This document shows, piece after piece, positions 59,282 to 64,000 of a stretch of DNA of 64,000 nt (position 1 is the stretch's first letter; each line of letters starts with the position of its first letter). The stretch is from Psammoneis japonica. Taxonomy: Eukaryota. The stretch lies in the NCBI GenBank assembly GCA_008632985.1, contig QPGO01000277.1:1-64000 (forward strand), read 5' to 3'. Below the pieces are notes generated by a model. That model did no database searches. It was not told where the DNA came from and saw only the letters and a program-made list of their open reading frames with translations. Position numbers and translations under genes: made by a program.

Positions 59282-61090
59282 CTATTTTGACGCGGTTTCC
59301 GAAATGGCAAACTTTAGCTCCGCAAGAAGCGCGCCAGATGCACCTAAAAACACACCAGAGAATGATTCGACGTTTGTCGCGTTACCTGCCGGTGTTGCAG
59401 CATCTTGAATATCATCTTCAATCGACATTTCCACTTCTTCTGCAAGGTCCATGACTCCTAACCGGTTGCTCAGCTCTTGCAACAGATTTGCTTGGTCCCG
59501 CTCGTTGGCAGCTGATGACTCTGCAAAGCTGTAGTCAATCTCTGCCGCTCTGGCCGGCGCCTGCGACTTGGAACCTTTACCCGAAAACACAGCAGTTTTG
59601 TTTTTCAGAGTGTCAGAAGGCTGGAGTGGAATCGGTACATTCGATACTTGGTCATGACCCAAGTCTTCATACTGCGTCGGACAAACTTCCTTAGATACGT
59701 TGACCTCAGCCCTTGATTCTCTCTTGTTGCCTTTCCGCTTTTCGGTATCGATGCCGTCACTGTTAAACTTGGCAAGAACATCATCTCTTGCCAGCTGATG
59801 GATATCCATTGCATTTCCAACATGTTGACCAACTCGGCCGAACCACTCATGCATGTCGCCGGATTCTTCGTTTTTATCAGTATTACAAGCATCCTGAAAT
59901 GCCCACAATGCAACGCGAGCTGCTTCTAGCTCCAAATGCATATTCTCCAAGTACTTGAAAACAATTCTAGATTCCAATGTTTGCGGTTTCTTGGGTGCAG
60001 GTGAAAGGACGCTTTCAACATGCAGTTTCGTCTCTGCTGCCATCCACGCGGACTCTTCAAGTGCGGCTTCCAGAGTTGACACTATAGTCAAGCCATGCAA
60101 TCCGATCGGGGAACCCAATATTGAAAGAACTTTGGACAGCACATCTTGAAGCTGTTTTCGAGATGAATTCAGCATGGATAGCGTGATTGTCGTTGGCTGT
60201 TTCTCATTTGAAATCGAGTCGTCAATGCTCTCGTCCAATCGTACCAGCAGCGATTCAAGAGATGAACGTTGCTCCACCATGGCGCGCCAAATCAAGGTTC
60301 TTGCGCGTTGAAACGTTACCGAGACCCTGACGGTAGCTTTTCCGTGGGTATCCTTGGTTCTGTGCTGGCGTCCCAGCGCTGCTCGTTCAACACGAGCAAC
60401 GCAACGAGACGATGGTCCTAAACCAAGCTGTATTCCCGTTCCGACTCGAACAGTTTCCGCGGCGCGATCAAATGCGAGCAAGAGTTTTACGTGCGCCTGG
60501 GTGAACCCTATCACCCTCTCAGATTGTTCTTTTAAAGTGTTTTCATTGCATTGTTGCGACGTGAACGAGCTTCCGATATAATTTGAAGTAGTTTCGAGCA
60601 GAGTGGCTGACAGGGGAGGAGCTCCGACAGATCCCAATAAAGCAGACATTTGCGTCCGACATTGATGACTTTGCTTGCACAACATGTTTCGATAATCCGA
60701 AGAAATAGCAGCGTCCTTGCGTTTCGTTTTCGAATCGAAATACTTCCATACAAATAGTACAGCCAGACACACGGCCGCATATCGGATCCATCCATGCGGT
60801 TGGTAGCAAGAGGCATTTTCCAGTCTCTCGTAGTTTGAACAAAACCTTCCAATGATAAAACCTATCAAACATCCTGAAATCACAAGCACGTACATATTCA
60901 AAGTCGGCCGATTCCCAAACAACGCGTCCGTCGAGACAAGCGCTTTTTTGTCCTTCGGTTCTTTTTTTTGTGTGGTGGTACTAGCCACATGATGTTGTGT
61001 CTGGACACTAGTTTTGTGCAAAAAATCATGTCGTTCGTCACCATGATCGTAAAGGTGTTGCTCCAACTGAGGATTCAAACCTAACATCAC
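59282..61090 (-). CDS. Two-TM protein, possibly vezatin-like
   Basis: 602-aa ORF with two hydrophobic segments followed by a helical region (RVGTGIQLGLGPSSRCVARVE) loosely resembling the vezatin domain; start uncertain. Confidence 0.55.
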   Translation of the reverse strand: MMLGLNPQLEQHLYDHGDERHDFLHKTSVQTQHHVASTTTQKKEPKDKKALVSTDALFGNRPTLNMYVLVISGCLIGFIIGRFCSNYERLENASCYQPHGWIRYAAVCLAVLFVWKYFDSKTKRKDAAISSDYRNMLCKQSHQCRTQMSALLGSVGAPPLSATLLETTSNYIGSSFTSQQCNENTLKEQSERVIGFTQAHVKLLLAFDRAAETVRVGTGIQLGLGPSSRCVARVERAALGRQHRTKDTHGKATVRVSVTFQRARTLIWRAMVEQRSSLESLLVRLDESIDDSISNEKQPTTITLSMLNSSRKQLQDVLSKVLSILGSPIGLHGLTIVSTLEAALEESAWMAAETKLHVESVLSPAPKKPQTLESRIVFKYLENMHLELEAARVALWAFQDACNTDKNEESGDMHEWFGRVGQHVGNAMDIHQLARDDVLAKFNSDGIDTEKRKGNKRESRAEVNVSKEVCPTQYEDLGHDQVSNVPIPLQPSDTLKNKTAVFSGKGSKSQAPARAAEIDYSFAESSAANERDQANLLQELSNRLGVMDLAEEVEMSIEDDIQDAATPAGNATNVESFSGVFLGASGALLAELKFAISETASK

Positions 61091-61327
61091 CCGAAGCTCA
61101 ATAACACGGCCTCTGTTACCTCATGGTGATCATACCATAGAGGCAAACTGAGCGATGAGCGATGAAAGCAAAACGGAATAAAAAATGGAAAACGGCATCA
61201 TTTTCGCGATTTCCCGGTCGACACACGGTCGGCGGGATTATGCGCGCGCGCGCGAGATTGACGACTCACTCGAGCTGGACAGAGCAGTCGAAGAAGTCGT
61301 CATGAAGATCTGACGAAAAAATCTTGG

Positions 61328-61475
61328 CAGCGTCCTCATTTTCAATTTGCCTTTCCACCATGGGCAATCCGCTCCGCGGCCTGCGAGTGTTGGATCTTTC
61401 CCAGCGTCCTCATTTTCAATTTGCCTTTCCACCATGGGCACTCCGCTCCGCGGCCTGCGAGTGTTGGATCTCTCC
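61328..61475 (+). repeat. 74-bp tandem duplication spanning the CoA-transferase start codon
   Basis: 61328-61401 and 61402-61475 differ at only 2 positions. Confidence 0.95.
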
Positions 61476-62692
61476 CGTGTATTAGCAGGACCATGGTGCA
61501 CCATGCTCCTTGGAGACGCTGGTGCTGACGTTATCAAGCTTGAACGAACCAAAACTGGAGATGAAACGAGAAATTGGGGACCACCGTTTGTCAACGGCGA
61601 CGTTTCAACGTACTTTTTAAGTGTCAATCGAAACAAGAGTTCAATCGCGGTAGACATTAAAACAACGGAAGGATTGGATCTATGCCGTCGTCTTGCAACA
61701 GAGTGGGCGGATGTACTTGTCGAGAATTTCAAGGTTGGAACAATGGAGCGACTGGGTCTCAGCTATGAAACATTGAGGCAGGAGAATCCAGGTCTCGTTT
61801 ATTGCAGTATTACTGGGTTCGGAAGCACGGGACCACTGAGCAGTCGACCAGGATACGATGTCATCATCAGTGGGATGTACGGTCTCATGTCAATCACAGG
61901 AGAAGAGCATGGAGATCCCGCCAAGGTGGGAGTTGCCATTACAGACGTGGTGGCGGGTACTCTGGCGCACGGAGGTATTCTTGCAGCCTTATATCAACGA
62001 AACCGGACCGGACGCGGTCAACAAGTGGAAACATCACTCATGGAGACGCAACTCGCCTCCTTGGTCAACATTGCCTCCAGCTCACTCAATAGTCCAGAGG
62101 GAACGCCGCCTCCACAACGATGGGGTACCGCACACGAGTCCATTGTGCCTTACCAAACTTTTCCATGCAAGCACGACGACGGTGAGGAAAAGCAATACGT
62201 GGTTGTTGGAGCTGGAAATGATTTACAGTTTAAAAAATTGTGCAACGCCATGGGCATGGATGAGGTGGCAAGTAGCGATCGATTTAGAACAAACGCGGAT
62301 AGGGTGAAAAATCGCAACGAGCTTGTTGCTGTGCTAGAAAAGAGATTTCTTCAAAAGACACGAAATGAATGGGTAGACTTGTTGAGTGACAAGGGTTTCC
62401 CGATTGGACCCGTTCGATCCGTTCCTGAGGCGTTTGAATGCGAACAGGCCATTCATCGTGGCATAGTGACAGAGATGAACCATGTTGTTGCGGGAAGATC
62501 AAGTTGCCAAGGACTCCCATTTTGTACGTGGGCGAGTCAACAGACAATTTGGATAAACCAAAACCACCTCCCATGCTTGGAGAACATACCGAGGAGATCC
62601 TCACCAACGTTCTAGATATGACTCCTGGGGAGGTTCGAGCATTAGAACGAGCCGGGGTGATCGAGTGTTGGCGGCAACAAGAGCCAAAGTAG
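61434..62692 (+). CDS. CoA-transferase family III (CaiB/BaiF; succinate-hydroxymethylglutarate CoA-transferase-like); frameshift ~62495
   Basis: PLRGLRVLDLSRVLAGP, GDETRNWGPPF, NRNKSSI, DVLVENF, SITGFG, RPGYD, PPMLGEHTEEIL. Confidence 0.95.
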
Positions 62693-63042
62693 CATGTTCA
62701 ATGTGCGTGCCACCATGTTATTCTAAGCGGTTTGATCCTTTTGAAGAATGCGAAATTGATGTTGTACACAAGGCAAACGGGGGGCGCCCTTTGTTCCACG
62801 CCCCGTATAATCATTTCTCGCGTTGGAGTTGTCGTATCTTTGTGCATCCGGACAAGCAGAGTCGACTAGACCCAAGGGTAGTATAGTCTGATGTGAAAAA
62901 ATATGTTGTTTGTGCAATATCCGAGAATCTTGACAAGGAAACACGCGTCACGTCGCTAGATGCCGGATCTCCAACATCGTTGCTCATTACAAAGCAAGAA
63001 AACGGACAAGTGCACGCAGAGACGCGTGCCTAACTCGAACTA

Positions 63043-64000
63043 TTGCAGCATGACGAAGTACTCTTGAAACAAGGAAGACGAAGCTCGCAGCTAGTAAAGA
63101 AAGTTTTATCACTTCGCACGCAGAAACAGGGTGCAGAGAATCCCATTGACGCCGACAGGAACCGACGGCGTCATAAAAAACACAGGTCTACATCTCGGCA
63201 CAATCGAAATTTCAATACAACACCATTCGACCGAGAACCATCTCATCATGATTTGCTGGATAATTCAGACGACGACGGCGAAGACATTCCACCTAGCGGA
63301 CACATGGCTGGTCCATGTAGCACTTTGATCCAAGAGCGTATTTCGACAGAACCAACGGCGCCGCACTCCTTCAGCGAATTACACCATCTGATACCTGCGA
63401 CACGTTGGAAGAATACATTCTCCTTTCATCTGCCCATGCAATTCCGCTCTATAAGCGATTGTGCCTTGGCTCTTAATGCAAACCTTGCCAAAAATTTCAT
63501 CCAGCTCAACGTCAATGCCGGTGGAAGCAACCGAATGAACATTTGCGATCGTCGTAACTACACTTAGAGCTTCTTGCAAATGCCAAGACTGGTAAACTGC
63601 CCAACTCACTCTTATATGCAACATGACTTAGGTTGGCAGTCGGTTACTGTGAACCAATCTCATGGCGCCACCAATGCGAATGGAAACAATCAGTACTCAG
63701 TTCGATCTCGTCGATACCTTCTTGGGGCGACGAAGATTTTTTATGTAATACAATCATGGAGCATCTCGTTGCACTACCCAATGTCGAGGAAATGCTATCA
63801 AGGTCACCATCCCAATCCATGGAAACATGGAAAGAACAGGGTTAAACTCAAGAAACTCCTCGTGTGGTGAGCAAAGGGATCTCTGCTCCAACATGCATCA
63901 AGAGTATTCTTGCGGCCAGGTGTGTGCTCTTTCTCAAATTTTACAGCTTCCTTGTTGGCCTAGTCATTGAAGAGACTCTCATCTTTGCCTGCATCGTCTT
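63043..64000 (+). CDS. Hypothetical protein, fragmented, possibly continuing beyond the window
   Basis: Consecutive plus-strand ORFs (63043-63567, 63574-63870, 63633-63845) with coding-like composition; no family recognised. Confidence 0.4.

Overview
Eukaryotic nuclear DNA, most likely a pennate diatom (short GT-AG introns, signal peptide + 'AF(AP)' plastid-targeting presequences, CoDi-type copia relics). About 25 compact host genes are recognisable, including a fucosyltransferase-like GT, LYAR, BCAT, CPF1 photolyase/cryptochrome, APC7, hemA, a STE20 kinase, PheRS alpha, a GH38 mannosidase, PP2A-C, RPL4, P4H, NEET, Nup85 and a CaiB CoA-transferase. Many carry single-base frameshifts that look like assembly indels. 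Three sharply bounded domains (about 1-9445, 28880-29935 and 32410-40560) are almost devoid of the dinucleotide TpA. The first and third hold nested transposon relics: a CoDi copia with a MULE inserted in gag, a PIF/Harbinger, and a P/hAT-like element. In these elements conserved Tyr codons (TAY) read as Cys (TGY) or His (CAY). This points to a repeat-targeted TpA->TpG/CpA hypermutation, opposite in direction to fungal RIP and separable from CpG decay; it is the main finding. All counts and alignments were done by eye, and exon boundaries are approximate.
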